Shown here: in pieces, positions 27,499 through 38,300 of the stretch
How the letters are laid out: every line of letters begins with the position of its first letter
Position numbering within the stretch: position 1 is the stretch's first letter
Assembly (NCBI GenBank): GCA_023145375.1
Contig: JAGLDY010000012.1
Location: forward strand, 45,861-109,860
DNA: 64,000 nt
Direction of reading: 5' to 3'
From: Candidatus Sabulitectum sp.
GTDB taxonomy: Bacteria > Fermentibacterota > Fermentibacteria > Fermentibacterales > JCC-6
The notes under the pieces: generated by a model
What the model was told of the DNA's origin: nothing
The model's database searches: none
What the model saw: the letters and a program-made list of their open reading frames with translations, nothing else
Made by a program: the position numbers and the translations under genes

Positions 27499-28884
27499 TC
27501 AATCCTCAGTAATGGTGCCCTGTTCAAGTTCTAGGTTAGCTTTTTCCACAAATTCTGAAGGAAGCTCTCTGGTAACTGAGACTCCCAGGTCTCTGAATTC
27601 AGCTGCCTGCTTGATCAGATTGGCATTACCATCCATTAGTTGACCCATGGCTTTGTGGTAGGTTGTTTGAGCCTTGTCGATCTGACTGCCTATTTCCTTC
27701 ATGCTGATGAGAAAGGTTCTGAGTTTGCTGTAGAATTTCTCGGCCCTCAGTGCAAGTTCCTTCGAGTGCTTGGTCTGATCTTCGAATCTCCACAGCTGTC
27801 TTACAATGTTCAAACTGGTGAGCAGGGTTGTGGGTGTAGCAACCAGAACATTGTTCTCAATAGCTTTCTGAAACAGAGTGGGGTCGTATTTTAAAGCCTC
27901 TACATAAGCGGACTCTATGGGTATGAACATTATGACAACTTCCGGAGAATTCAATTCCTTTATCTTGAAATAGTCCTTTCCGGAAAGCTCTTTTATCCGT
28001 TCTCCAATAGCTCTGGCATGGTTTGAAAGAGCAATTCCAGCCTCTGCCGGGTCATTAGCATTTACAAACTCTGTGTATGCAGCAAGGGATGTTTTTGCAT
28101 CGATCACAAGATGTCGATCTCCCGGTAGATAGACTATCACATCAGGTCTCAGAGCTCCGTCCTCAGTTCTGTAGGAAACTTCCCTGCCATAATCATCGCC
28201 CAATCTCAGTCCGGAACTATCAAGCACGTTCTCAAGTATCATCTCTCCCCAGTTTCCCTGCATTTTCTTTTGTCCCTGCAAGGCGGTGGTGAGCTTATTT
28301 GTCTGTTCTGTGATGTCTTTGTTAAGCTTTTGAAGGTTGATAAGCTCAGTTCTGAGAGTTGTTCTCTGCTCACTATCCTGATCGTGGAGCAGGTTTATTC
28401 TCTCCCGGAATCCCTTCATTTCCTTTTCTACGGGGTTCAGCAGGCTAAGGATAGTCTCTTTATTCAGTTCCTTGAATTGTTTTCCGTTCTTTTCAAAGAT
28501 CTCCCCGGCCAGAAGACTGAACTCCTTTTTCAAAGCCTCGCGGTTCTCTGAAAGAAGATCAAGCTGCTCTTTGAAGTGCTGCTGTTTTTCATCCAGCGAG
28601 GTTTCAATTCGCGCATATTCTTCTTTGAGGTTCAGATATGCCTCTCCCTTTTCATCAAGCTTCAATTGAACCCTGTTCAGTCTGGATCTCATGTCTGAAA
28701 GAGAGTTATCGCTTTCAACCAGCTTTACTGCAGATACTTTCAGATCTGATGCCATCTCTCTTTCCTTATTACGAAGAGATTCAAGCTCTTCTGCTTTCTT
28801 TCCATGGGCTTTCATGGTTCCCAGGGCCCATCCGGTGACGAAAAAGGCAATTCCTATCAGTATTAACGGCAGAGCATTGACCAT
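27499..28884 (-). CDS. rmuC: DNA recombination protein RmuC
   Basis: AAGGAG SD. N-terminal TM anchor, then long coiled-coil. C-terminal RmuC nuclease-like region DVIVYLPGDRHLVIDAKTSLAAY. Confidence 0.85.
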   Translation of the reverse strand: MVNALPLILIGIAFFVTGWALGTMKAHGKKAEELESLRNKEREMASDLKVSAVKLVESDNSLSDMRSRLNRVQLKLDEKGEAYLNLKEEYARIETSLDEKQQHFKEQLDLLSENREALKKEFSLLAGEIFEKNGKQFKELNKETILSLLNPVEKEMKGFRERINLLHDQDSEQRTTLRTELINLQKLNKDITEQTNKLTTALQGQKKMQGNWGEMILENVLDSSGLRLGDDYGREVSYRTEDGALRPDVIVYLPGDRHLVIDAKTSLAAYTEFVNANDPAEAGIALSNHARAIGERIKELSGKDYFKIKELNSPEVVIMFIPIESAYVEALKYDPTLFQKAIENNVLVATPTTLLTSLNIVRQLWRFEDQTKHSKELALRAEKFYSKLRTFLISMKEIGSQIDKAQTTYHKAMGQLMDGNANLIKQAAEFRDLGVSVTRELPSEFVEKANLELEQGTITED

Positions 28885-29041
28885 GCGTTACTCTCCTTCA
28901 AAAATTGAAAATTGATCGTTCTCTATGGAAATAAGCTAATCCTATTCCAGCGAAAGTCAACCTTTCAGAATTCTATTTCTTCTCATTGCTTTGTGGAGTA
29001 TTCGCTATGTTATCTTAAAGAAGACCGGAGGTTCAGATGCC

Positions 29042-29539
29042 ATGATCACTCTTCTCATTCTTGCGATCCTCTCAGACGGTTACGAAGTAGAGATCCGTAA
29101 CCCCGGAGAAGGAATATTTGCCTGCAGGACAGGAGAGGTTGTACCTGAGATATCACCGTCTATTTTCGAAGAACTGGAGTGGGAAGAGACCTCGCGCCAT
29201 GGAGTTATTGCAGGAGAAGATTCACTTTATATCTCCGTATTTACCAACGCAGGAAACGGAGCCGTTGTAACTGTTTTTCGCAGGTTTGGATCAGGCTACC
29301 TGTTTATTGGTGAGTTTACCAGTCTGTTCGGGGGGAACGGTATTGAGTTCGTTGTTTCAGATCCCTTTATTTCAGCAAACGGTGAAGTGCTCTTCTGTCT
29401 TGACTGGACAGCATATTTACGCGGCTACTACGCTGTTCCAGATGATGAAGATAGTCATGTTAGTCCATCAGAGTTGTCTTCATTCTTTATACTGGCCACT
29501 GACGGAGACAGTTTGTGGACCGTACTTGATCAACGGTAG
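29042..29539 (+). CDS. hypothetical protein
   Basis: GGAGG SD, then ATG at 29042. No recognised domain. First gene of a tightly packed three-gene set. Confidence 0.4.
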   Translation: MITLLILAILSDGYEVEIRNPGEGIFACRTGEVVPEISPSIFEELEWEETSRHGVIAGEDSLYISVFTNAGNGAVVTVFRRFGSGYLFIGEFTSLFGGNGIEFVVSDPFISANGEVLFCLDWTAYLRGYYAVPDDEDSHVSPSELSSFFILATDGDSLWTVLDQR

Positions 29540-29586
29540 TGCACAATCAGGATTCCAGAAAAAGTTCTAACATGAAAGGAACGGAT

Positions 29587-29862
29587 ATGCCCAAGATGTT
29601 TATCACGGATATTGAGTCGGATGCGGATTTGAAGGTATTTGTTGCAGATATCAGAAGTGAGGCTCATCTGGTTGTCTACGAGACTGACAGCGAATGGGAA
29701 GCAACAGAGCAGCAGATATGGGCTTATACCACCATCAGGAGTGAAGCAGACAAGGTCATTTATCTTACTGACGGAGCATGGAACGCAGATATTGTCATTT
29801 TTAAGACCGATATCCAATCTGACGCAGAGTGGCTTGATAACTCTAAAGCGGGTATTCTCTGA
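29587..29862 (+). CDS. septoil-knot-like (DUF6150-like) small repeat protein
   Basis: Internal repeats of the form [DE]-aDhKVFVaDIRSEAD (DADLKVFVADIRSEAHLVVYETDSEW / SEADKVIYLTDGAWNADIVIFKTDIQSDAEW). AAAGGA SD upstream of the ATG at 29587. Confidence 0.5.
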   Translation: MPKMFITDIESDADLKVFVADIRSEAHLVVYETDSEWEATEQQIWAYTTIRSEADKVIYLTDGAWNADIVIFKTDIQSDAEWLDNSKAGIL

Positions 29863-29864
29863 CA

Positions 29865-30332
29865 ATGCTTTCCCGATGTAGCTCAAAAAGAAGGGTCTCA
29901 CTGGGAACCGCAACTATATTCTGTGTCATTGCCTCAGGGTGTCTTGACTTCGGCGATGACATTACCACAGAGGATCCGACTGTGGAACAACTTGCTTTTT
30001 GTGAGAATGCCATGCACTTGAATGATGAGCTCCAGTATGAACCCATAGGTTTCAAGATCGTTGGTTCAGGAATTGATGACGCAGTGTGGTTCTCTTTCCA
30101 TACAGATGAAACTGACCTGGGAATAATCTTTGATGCAGAGGTAGTGCCGTTTGATTCACTGAGAGGGTCGGTCGATATCTACACCCCTGAAGATATGCCA
30201 CTCTGGTGGGATATTCAGGGGAAGGGACTTGTGGGCGGCTCCATCACTCTTCCCGCCGGTAGATCTATGACCGTGGGTATGAACAGGGAAGAAGCTGGAA
30301 CCTCTGTTTACATATTCTGGCACGAAAGCTGA
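29865..30332 (+). CDS. lipoprotein, hypothetical
   Basis: Lipobox VIASGC. The start is 3 nt after the preceding stop. Confidence 0.5.
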   Translation: MLSRCSSKRRVSLGTATIFCVIASGCLDFGDDITTEDPTVEQLAFCENAMHLNDELQYEPIGFKIVGSGIDDAVWFSFHTDETDLGIIFDAEVVPFDSLRGSVDIYTPEDMPLWWDIQGKGLVGGSITLPAGRSMTVGMNREEAGTSVYIFWHES

Positions 30333-30334
30333 TC

Positions 30335-33300
30335 TTACTGTTCTTCAGCGTCCCAGTGGTCCGGCCAGGGAAGACCGGTTTCAGATGATTGTGCTTGAAA
30401 GAGCTTGATGAAAGTATCCTGAAATTCCCCTGCTGACAGCTTTAGTTTTACGATTATCTCATACGCCTTTACATAGGTTTCCATAGCAATGTCATCTTTT
30501 TCCATAAGGTGCTGTGCGTATCCGTAGCCTGCAAGTGCAATTGCCGTATTCTCTTCGTCCCCGATTTCGGAAAAAACACCAACTGCGGTTTTGTACAGTT
30601 CTTCTGACTCTGCTGGGGAACCCTCTTGAATGTATAGCAGACCAAGGTTAGTCAATACCCATGCTCCGGTTCTTTTGTCACCCACTTCTTCCATTATATC
30701 CCGGGCTTTGAAGTAAGATTGTCGGGACTTAATATAGTTATTCTGCCCTCTGTAAACATTTCCAAGGTTACAGAGAAAAATACCCTCGGGCATTCTCTCT
30801 CCCAGCTTATGGAATATCTCTATGGCTCTATTAAAGTGTTCTTCTGCTTTCTGAAAGAGATGCTCATCGTGGTACATGCTGCCAAGGTTCCCAAGGGTTA
30901 CAGCCTCGCTTCTTACATCTCCTATTCCATAGAAGATCTCAAGGATCTCCTTCATAATGGGTATAGCTTGATCTGTTTCACCGATATTACGGTGAAGGAT
31001 ACCAAGATTACCAAGAACTTTTGCTTTCCCTCTCTGATCGTCAAGTTCTGAATAAAGATCCCCTGCCTGTTCAAACAGTTCTCTAGCCTGTTGAAAATCC
31101 CGCTTCATGGCTGAGATCACACCAAGGAATCGAAGGGCATCACTTTCTATTTCAGTAAATTCACCGTTTTTACTTAACTGGAGCGACCTGTTCAAGTGAT
31201 CAAGAGCTTTATCAAGCTCTCTGATCTCTCTGAAGTAGGACCCCATTGCTATTTCGGTTCTTGCGATCCATTCTGGCAATTGACTGTCTGTTGCGACTTC
31301 AAGCATTCTTTCAAGAAGAGTATTCAGTTCATCCCACCTGTGAAGGTACTGAAGAGCGTTTACATTTCTATTGAGAGTTCTCAGCAGGATTTGGAGGCAC
31401 TCCAGGTTATCACCACATGGCGTTATCCAATTCTCGATCTTCTTTCCCCATTTTAGAACAGCGCTGTACTGGTAGTTCTTTGAAGCGTGTCTCTGGGCGA
31501 TCATACCCCACTTTATGGCGAATTCTTCTTCTCCTGCCTGTTCCCAGTGGTCAGCCAGCTTGCCTGATACTCTTTCTTCACCGTGGCAGTAAATTTCTTC
31601 CATGGATTCTGCTGCAGCCTTATGGAGAAGTTTCAGATTGTGGGATAGAATACTCCTGTAAGCAGTATCCTGAATGAATGAATGATGAAATTTGTAACTG
31701 GTGTAGCTCTCTGAAGGGGTTTTTTTAAGGAATTGTCTTTCAGTCAAGCCGTGAAATACATCTTCTCCGCATGGAGACAACCCAAGTTTACCCTCCACTT
31801 TCTTGTAGATGTCCATCCTGAATTCCATTCCCAGCACGGAGCAGTTGAGAAGTGCTTTCCTCCATTTATCAGGCAGACGGTCAAGACGGGATTGAAGCAG
31901 ACCGGTAAGACTGTCCGGTGTGGAAAATTCCACTGTGCTGTCTCTGATACACCACGATGAATTTCTCAGTGAGAGACCACCGGATTCAACCAGGTGGAGG
32001 AGTAATTCCTGAAGGAAGAAAGGATTTCCGCTGGAATGTCTTTGAATGAAATCCATGGTTGCAGGTGAAATGGGGTTGATAACATCTCCGCCATCAACAC
32101 TGTCTGTCACCAGTTTACTTATGAACTGCTCTGTAAAGAGCAATGCCTCCTCCTCGTTGAATTCTCCAAGCTCTACGGTATTGCAGACAGCATAAAGACT
32201 ACTGTCGCAGGTGCTTGGGGAGAGCAGGTTAAGATGGTCGGATCTTCGAATAAGAAGAAAAAATACAGGATACACAGAACTGCAATTCTTTACAAGGAAA
32301 TCAAGAACATCTGAATCCGTAGTATCTATCCAGTGGAGATCTTCCAGGACCAACACGACGGGTTTCGTCTCAGAAAGAGCTTCAATAACATCCCTGATCG
32401 CCATTCTAGTTTCTGTAGCAATGGCTTTGTTGTCCAGCTTCTGAAGTCTCATATCCTTTGAGGTGGCAGAGACAAGCCTTCCGAGGAAAGGGGCAGTGCT
32501 GTTGAACCTGTGATCCGGGAACTGCAGGGAAAGTAGTCTACTGAACTGCTCGTAAGTCACTTCACCCTGTATCGGCAGATCAAGGAGATTCCGCAGAACC
32601 ATTGACCACAGCCAATGGGCAGGTTGCGCTTCCGAAATGGAGCTGCCCCGGAGAATTAATGAATCTGTATTCCCGTATTCATTCTTCAGGAATTCGTTCA
32701 CCAGTCTTGTTTTGCCGGTTCCAGCCTCCCCGGTAAGCTCAACTATGATATGCCGGGGATCGCCCATTCGATTGCTTCCCGATGTGCGGTCAAGCTGCAT
32801 TTTTCCGGCTTTTACCAGAAGCGGGTACTCTTTTTCTCTCGGTACAAAGACCGTTTTGACTGATTCCTGGCAGGATATACGTTTACTTCGGTAGTTAACG
32901 GCAACTGGCTTCCAGCTGAGAATAGGAATGCCTATTCCTCTTACACTGATACTTAGCGGTCTTTCCCATAGAATGTCTTCCGAACAAAGGGAATAGACCC
33001 TGTCCGTTACCAGTATAGAGTTCTCGCCAGCGATCTCTTCAATTCTGGAAGCAATGTTCACAGTGCTACCCATTGCAGTCAAATGACCAATGGCGTCAGG
33101 TGCAACTGTGACTGGGCCACTGTTGATACCGATCCTTGCAGAAAGGTCAACTCCAGCATCAGATAACACAGAGCTGGCCAGTTCAACAACTTCCAGCATC
33201 TTAAATCCGCTGAGAATGGCAGATCTACTGTTGTTCTCGCCTGAAGTGATAGCCCCGAAAAGAACCATTATCCTGTCACCTTCGATCTTATCCACATAGC

Positions 33301-33556
33301 CGGAATACTGTTCTGCAGTATAGACAAGTTCGTCCATTAGACTTTTGGTTATGTCGTGAACAGTCTCGTGATCAAGGGCCTCAGAGAAGGCTGTGAATCC
33401 TGCAAGATCAAGGAAAAGAACCGCCACATCTCTTCGCTCGCCCGATTTTAACATCACTGATCCTTTAAAAGGTGAATCCTCAACGGGTTTTCTCGACAGA
33501 AATGCCTGTTGCAAAAGGGTTCCAAACTCTTTATTCAAACATGACCAGCTTTCCAT
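30335..33556 (-). CDS. class III adenylate/guanylate cyclase domain fused to a STAND-type P-loop NTPase and C-terminal TPR repeats
   Basis: Cyclase core VAVLFLDLAGFTAFSE...DKIEGDRIMVLFGA. Walker A GEAGTGKTRL and Walker B VLVLEDLHW. Multiple TPR-like units in the last 350 aa. Confidence 0.8.
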   Translation of the reverse strand: MESWSCLNKEFGTLLQQAFLSRKPVEDSPFKGSVMLKSGERRDVAVLFLDLAGFTAFSEALDHETVHDITKSLMDELVYTAEQYSGYVDKIEGDRIMVLFGAITSGENNSRSAILSGFKMLEVVELASSVLSDAGVDLSARIGINSGPVTVAPDAIGHLTAMGSTVNIASRIEEIAGENSILVTDRVYSLCSEDILWERPLSISVRGIGIPILSWKPVAVNYRSKRISCQESVKTVFVPREKEYPLLVKAGKMQLDRTSGSNRMGDPRHIIVELTGEAGTGKTRLVNEFLKNEYGNTDSLILRGSSISEAQPAHWLWSMVLRNLLDLPIQGEVTYEQFSRLLSLQFPDHRFNSTAPFLGRLVSATSKDMRLQKLDNKAIATETRMAIRDVIEALSETKPVVLVLEDLHWIDTTDSDVLDFLVKNCSSVYPVFFLLIRRSDHLNLLSPSTCDSSLYAVCNTVELGEFNEEEALLFTEQFISKLVTDSVDGGDVINPISPATMDFIQRHSSGNPFFLQELLLHLVESGGLSLRNSSWCIRDSTVEFSTPDSLTGLLQSRLDRLPDKWRKALLNCSVLGMEFRMDIYKKVEGKLGLSPCGEDVFHGLTERQFLKKTPSESYTSYKFHHSFIQDTAYRSILSHNLKLLHKAAAESMEEIYCHGEERVSGKLADHWEQAGEEEFAIKWGMIAQRHASKNYQYSAVLKWGKKIENWITPCGDNLECLQILLRTLNRNVNALQYLHRWDELNTLLERMLEVATDSQLPEWIARTEIAMGSYFREIRELDKALDHLNRSLQLSKNGEFTEIESDALRFLGVISAMKRDFQQARELFEQAGDLYSELDDQRGKAKVLGNLGILHRNIGETDQAIPIMKEILEIFYGIGDVRSEAVTLGNLGSMYHDEHLFQKAEEHFNRAIEIFHKLGERMPEGIFLCNLGNVYRGQNNYIKSRQSYFKARDIMEEVGDKRTGAWVLTNLGLLYIQEGSPAESEELYKTAVGVFSEIGDEENTAIALAGYGYAQHLMEKDDIAMETYVKAYEIIVKLKLSAGEFQDTFIKLFQAQSSETGLPWPDHWDAEEQ

Positions 33557-33722
33557 TGCGAATAATCACCCACGGCACTCCCTGTCTCAAGTTTCCCTGA
33601 CAGGGCTTACTATTACCCGACAACATATTTAATGCAACATATTAATTTGACAGAGAGAAGGAAAGGATATATATCACCATCCGGTGACACTAAGTGGTGA
33701 CATACTTTTATGGAGGATTGCT

Positions 33723-34325
33723 TTGCACAGAAACGCGGAACAAACACGACAGAAGATACTTGCAGGTTTAGAAAGCCTTATTACCCGGGACGGTTTTACA
33801 GGCGTGGGTGTGAATGCGGTTGCAAGGGAAGCCGGCGTGGACAAAGTACTTATATACAGGTATTTTGGGTCAATGGAGGGTTTACTTAGAACGTTTGCAG
33901 ACTGGAAGGATATCTGTCCGCGGATAGCTGATCTTTATGAAGGTATTCCTGAGAAAGCTCCTCTTCATGAGATAGCAACTCGTATAGTTATTGAACACGC
34001 ACAGGCACTGCAGAACAGCCCTCTTGCTCAGGAGCTGGTATGCTGGGCACTTACAGAGGAGAATCCTCTCACTGTATTATTCGGAAAAGAAATGGAACAC
34101 AGAGAGTTAAAAGCTCTTGCTGACAAGGGACTTATCCCTGATGAGGATGTTGTCATGCTCTCTGTCATCGTGTTGTGCGGACTTCAATACCTGATCCTCC
34201 GTGGAAGAAACAACAATCCCATGATGGGATATGACTACTCGAAGACAGAGATAAGAGAAAAGTTGGAAAGGGTAGTTTCATCCATGATGAAGGCTTTCTT
34301 TCAAGGCAGGGAAGGGGGCCGGTAA
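33723..34325 (+). CDS. TetR/AcrR-family transcriptional regulator
   Basis: GGAGG SD 6 nt upstream of the TTG at 33723. HTH TRQKILAGLESLITRDGFTGVGVNAVAREAGVDKVLIYRYF. Confidence 0.75.
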   Translation: MHRNAEQTRQKILAGLESLITRDGFTGVGVNAVAREAGVDKVLIYRYFGSMEGLLRTFADWKDICPRIADLYEGIPEKAPLHEIATRIVIEHAQALQNSPLAQELVCWALTEENPLTVLFGKEMEHRELKALADKGLIPDEDVVMLSVIVLCGLQYLILRGRNNNPMMGYDYSKTEIREKLERVVSSMMKAFFQGREGGR

Positions 34326-34326
34326 A

Positions 34327-35391
34327 GTGAAAAGGTCTGTGCATTTAATAATTATTCTTGCAGTACTTCTGATGACCGGCTGTTCAGAAGAAACCGGCAA
34401 CGGTAGAGAAGATATTCCTGTCAGTATATATGTAGTGAAGCCCTCTATGATATCTGAGACCATCAATGCCCCATGTAGACTTGAGTCAGGTTCGGAAGCT
34501 GTGATTTCTGTGGCGGTTCCAAGTATTGTTGAAGAAGTGCTTGTATCCCCGGGGGACACAGTTACAGCAGGGCAGAGGCTGCTTGTGCTGAGAAGTGATG
34601 ACGCGCAGAGAGCCATGATATATGATGCTGCCGCTATGCTTACGGTGGCAAGGGCATCATCTGAGTATGCTCAGGAAAATCTCCGGAGAGCCAATGAATT
34701 ACTGGAAACCGGTGCCATGAGCGCAGGTGAGTACGAGAGGATCCAAACCGAGTCAAGAGTATCTATGGCCAGTTTTAATCAAGCTGCTGCAGGTTACAGC
34801 GCTGCCTCGACTTCAGCCAGAAGCGGGCTTGTTCTGGCCCCCTTCAATGGTGTTGTGGGCAGGGTAATGGCAACGGAGGGGAATCGCTCGACAGGATCTC
34901 TAATGAGTATCTTCGGCACCGAAGTATTAAGAGCGGAACTGCTTGTGGCTCCCGTGCATATTCACAAACTGAGAACCGGATTGCCTGCTGTATTCACATC
35001 AGATCATTTTCCAGGAACGGTTTTTCCCGGTGCAGTTGTTTCTGTATCGGAGACTGCAGATCCACTGTCCGGTCTTGTAGCGCTGACTGTTCAATTCACA
35101 GATGACACCAATAACCTTGTTCCCGGTCTTTCAGGCGTGACTATGGTTTCGCTGGAGAACAGGGAAGATGTACTTGTTCTTCCAGGCAGCATGATGACCC
35201 TTCTCGGTGAAGATCTTATGGAAATTTTTCTAATTGAGGATGGAAGGGCAGCGAGGCGGACAGTGGAAACTGGAATAAGGAATGGTATTTCATACGAGAT
35301 AACAAGTGGCCTTCTTCCCGGTGATTCGGTTATTGATCTGGGACACACCTTTGTTTCTGACGGGGTAGACGTAAGGGTGGTGCAGCAATGA
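34327..35391 (+). CDS. efflux RND transporter periplasmic adaptor subunit (HlyD family), lipoprotein
   Basis: GTG start. Lipobox LLMTGCSEE. Barrel-sandwich/coiled-coil layout. Confidence 0.8.
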   Translation: MKRSVHLIIILAVLLMTGCSEETGNGREDIPVSIYVVKPSMISETINAPCRLESGSEAVISVAVPSIVEEVLVSPGDTVTAGQRLLVLRSDDAQRAMIYDAAAMLTVARASSEYAQENLRRANELLETGAMSAGEYERIQTESRVSMASFNQAAAGYSAASTSARSGLVLAPFNGVVGRVMATEGNRSTGSLMSIFGTEVLRAELLVAPVHIHKLRTGLPAVFTSDHFPGTVFPGAVVSVSETADPLSGLVALTVQFTDDTNNLVPGLSGVTMVSLENREDVLVLPGSMMTLLGEDLMEIFLIEDGRAARRTVETGIRNGISYEITSGLLPGDSVIDLGHTFVSDGVDVRVVQQ

Positions 35392-38300
35392 ATCTTTCAG
35401 GACTTGTCGTAAAAAGGAAGATTACTTTTCTCATGGTGTTTATTTTCATGGGTTCTGCTGGAATATTCGCCCTGACCCAGTTGGGGCTTGACTATTTTCC
35501 GAAGGTTGATATAGGGCAGATATTGATTGTTACAATACTTCCGGGTGGAGCTCCGTCAGAAGTAGAGAACCTTGTTACCAAGGTCATTGAAGACGCAGTA
35601 TCCGGCGTAGAGGGAGTCAGTTCCGTTGAATCTTCCTCTGGTAACTCAACCAGTGGAATAACAGTTTTTGTCTCTCCGTCTGCTGATATTGATGTGGTGG
35701 AAAGTGATATCAAAGAAGCTGTTGACCTGATCAAGATAAATCTACCGGAGCAGGCTCTGGAGCCAATCATAAACGCTCTGGAATCCAGTATGAAGCCTCT
35801 GGTAATCGTAGGGGTCAGCAGTGACAACCTTAACAGTGGCGAGCTTAGAGAAATGGTCTCCGAAGAGATCGAACCAATCCTGAGAAGAGTCTCCGGAGTT
35901 GCATCCAGTACTATTTCAGGCGGCGAGGTTCACCAGATAAACATCTCTGTTAACCCTGTTCTTCTGGCTCACAGGGGGATTTCTCTTACGCAGATCTATG
36001 GGGCATTACATTCTGTCCAGGGGAACCAGCCAGGTGGCGATATTGATTCCGAGGGAACAGAGATCTACGTTAGCATAAAGTCCGGTTTTACTTCAATTGA
36101 GCAACTTGGAGATGTTGTTATCGGAAACGGCAATGGCCTTCCTGTTCACCTAAGAGATGTTTCGACCATTACAGACGGTAGTAAAGATCAAAACAATACA
36201 AGTCGGCTGGATGGAGAGAATTCCGTTCTTCTTATCATGAGAAAAAGCGGTGATGCAAATACGGTGAACACATGTCGCCTGCTGGAAGAGCAGATCGCAG
36301 AGACAGCAGTGAATTATTCGGGAACTCTTGACCTGGACATAATCTATTCCCAGAAGGATTTTGTTCTGGACTCAACCAAAAGTCTTCTTCTAACAGGAAT
36401 TCAAGCTATTCTTCTTGCAGCAGCGGTCTTGATGTTCTTTCTAGGGTCAGCGGTAAATGCCGGAATAGTTAGTATATCAATGCCTCTTTCCTTTATTTCA
36501 ACTTTTGCTGCAATGTATCTGTTGGGAGTGAATTTGAATATCATGAGTCTTGCCGGACTCAGTATTTCCATAGGTATGATAGTGGATAATTCTGTGGTTG
36601 TTCTGGAGAACATCCACAGAAGAAGACGCAATGGAGAGTCAAGGGAAGACGCTGCGTCCCAGGGTGCATCTCAGGTTGCCATGGCAGTCTCAGCTTCCAC
36701 GCTGACAACTGTTGCTGTCTTCATACCAATGCTGTTCGTAAAGGGAATGACAGGTCAGATATTCAGAGATCTAAGTATAACTATTGCCAGCGCGCTGTTC
36801 ATATCTCTTTTTCTTGCAATGACCCTTGTCCCTCTACTGGCTTCAAGATCAAAGAACCTGATCAGGAAGCACAGCAAAGGATCAGTAGCAAATCGAATAG
36901 AGAGAACTCTTCAAAAACTTGATATGCAGTATGAGAAGATCTTAACCCATTGCACAAAACACAAGGCAAGGACTCTCTTGCCGGTAATAATTCTCTTCTT
37001 CCTGTCTATGTACTTATTCCGTTTCATTCCCACATCATTTCTACCGGACATCCAAGAGGGTATTATTGATGTTAGCATCAGCCTTCCAACAGGAACAAAC
37101 CTTGCCCGTACTGACAGCTTTGCTATGGCAATGGAAGACTCTCTCACAGCTCTCTTCCTGCCGGGAGACCTTGACCATCTGGTGGTGGATGTGGGAAAAG
37201 CGGAGGGCCTGGGTGCAATGTTCGGTTCTGATGCCACATGCAGGATCGTCATGACCTTTTATCTAATTTCTGAAGAGAGCAGGGAGACCACGGTTGAAGA
37301 ATACTCTTCTTCCATACGCAGTGTTCTTTCAAATAATCCTGGAATACGATTTGCAGTAAAAACAGGAGCTCCTGTAGGTAATGAGTTTCCCATTCAGATA
37401 AACCTTTTTGGTTCCGATCTGGATTCACTTAAGATACTTGGAGATCACGTAAGAGATAATCTCGATCTTATTCCTGGAACCACTGGTGAGGTATCATCCC
37501 TTGAAGACTGGTTCACCCGGATAGATTACATTCCCGACGATGCGGTCTTGTCGCTGAGAGGTTTTTCAAGGACACTGCTTGCATCGGAGCTAACCCTTGG
37601 AATGCTGGGAATGAATGTGACTACATTAAATGAAAATGGTACTGAGGTCGATGTAAACCTGAGATATGCTGCAAAGTATCGTTCCACCAGAGAATCTGTG
37701 GCAGCTTTGATCGTAAATGGTGCTCCACTGGATTTCTGGGGAGAATTTACAACAGAATTATCCCCTAATAAAATTGGAAGACTGGATCGAAGCCGAGTTG
37801 TCAGCGTCTTCTGTCGAATCGAAGGAAGAGCTTTAGGAGCTGTTGCTGGAGATGTGCAGGCCATGATGGACACTCTTGATACAGGCAACACCAGGTGGGA
37901 AATCACTGGAGATATCACCGATCAGAAGGAATCGTTCGGCAGCATGGGCCTTGCCATCCTTGTGGCAATCATCCTTGTATACATGGTTATGGCAGCCCAG
38001 TTCGAATCTCTACTTGAACCTTTTATTCTTATTTTTGAGATACCTCTGGCTCTTATAGGTGTGGTCCTGATCATCTTCCTCACAGGCACTACAATGGGCA
38101 TGACCTCTCTTGTGGGTATCCTGATGCTCATAGGTATTGTGGTGAATAATGGAATTGTGCTGGTGGATTTTGCTAATGGTTTAAGAAAGGAAAATGCCGT
38201 GACCGCCCGGGAGGCCATTATTCAAGCGGGCAGGATCAGACTGAAACCAATTTTCATGACTGCAAGTACCACCATTCTGGCACTGATACCCCTGTCTCTC

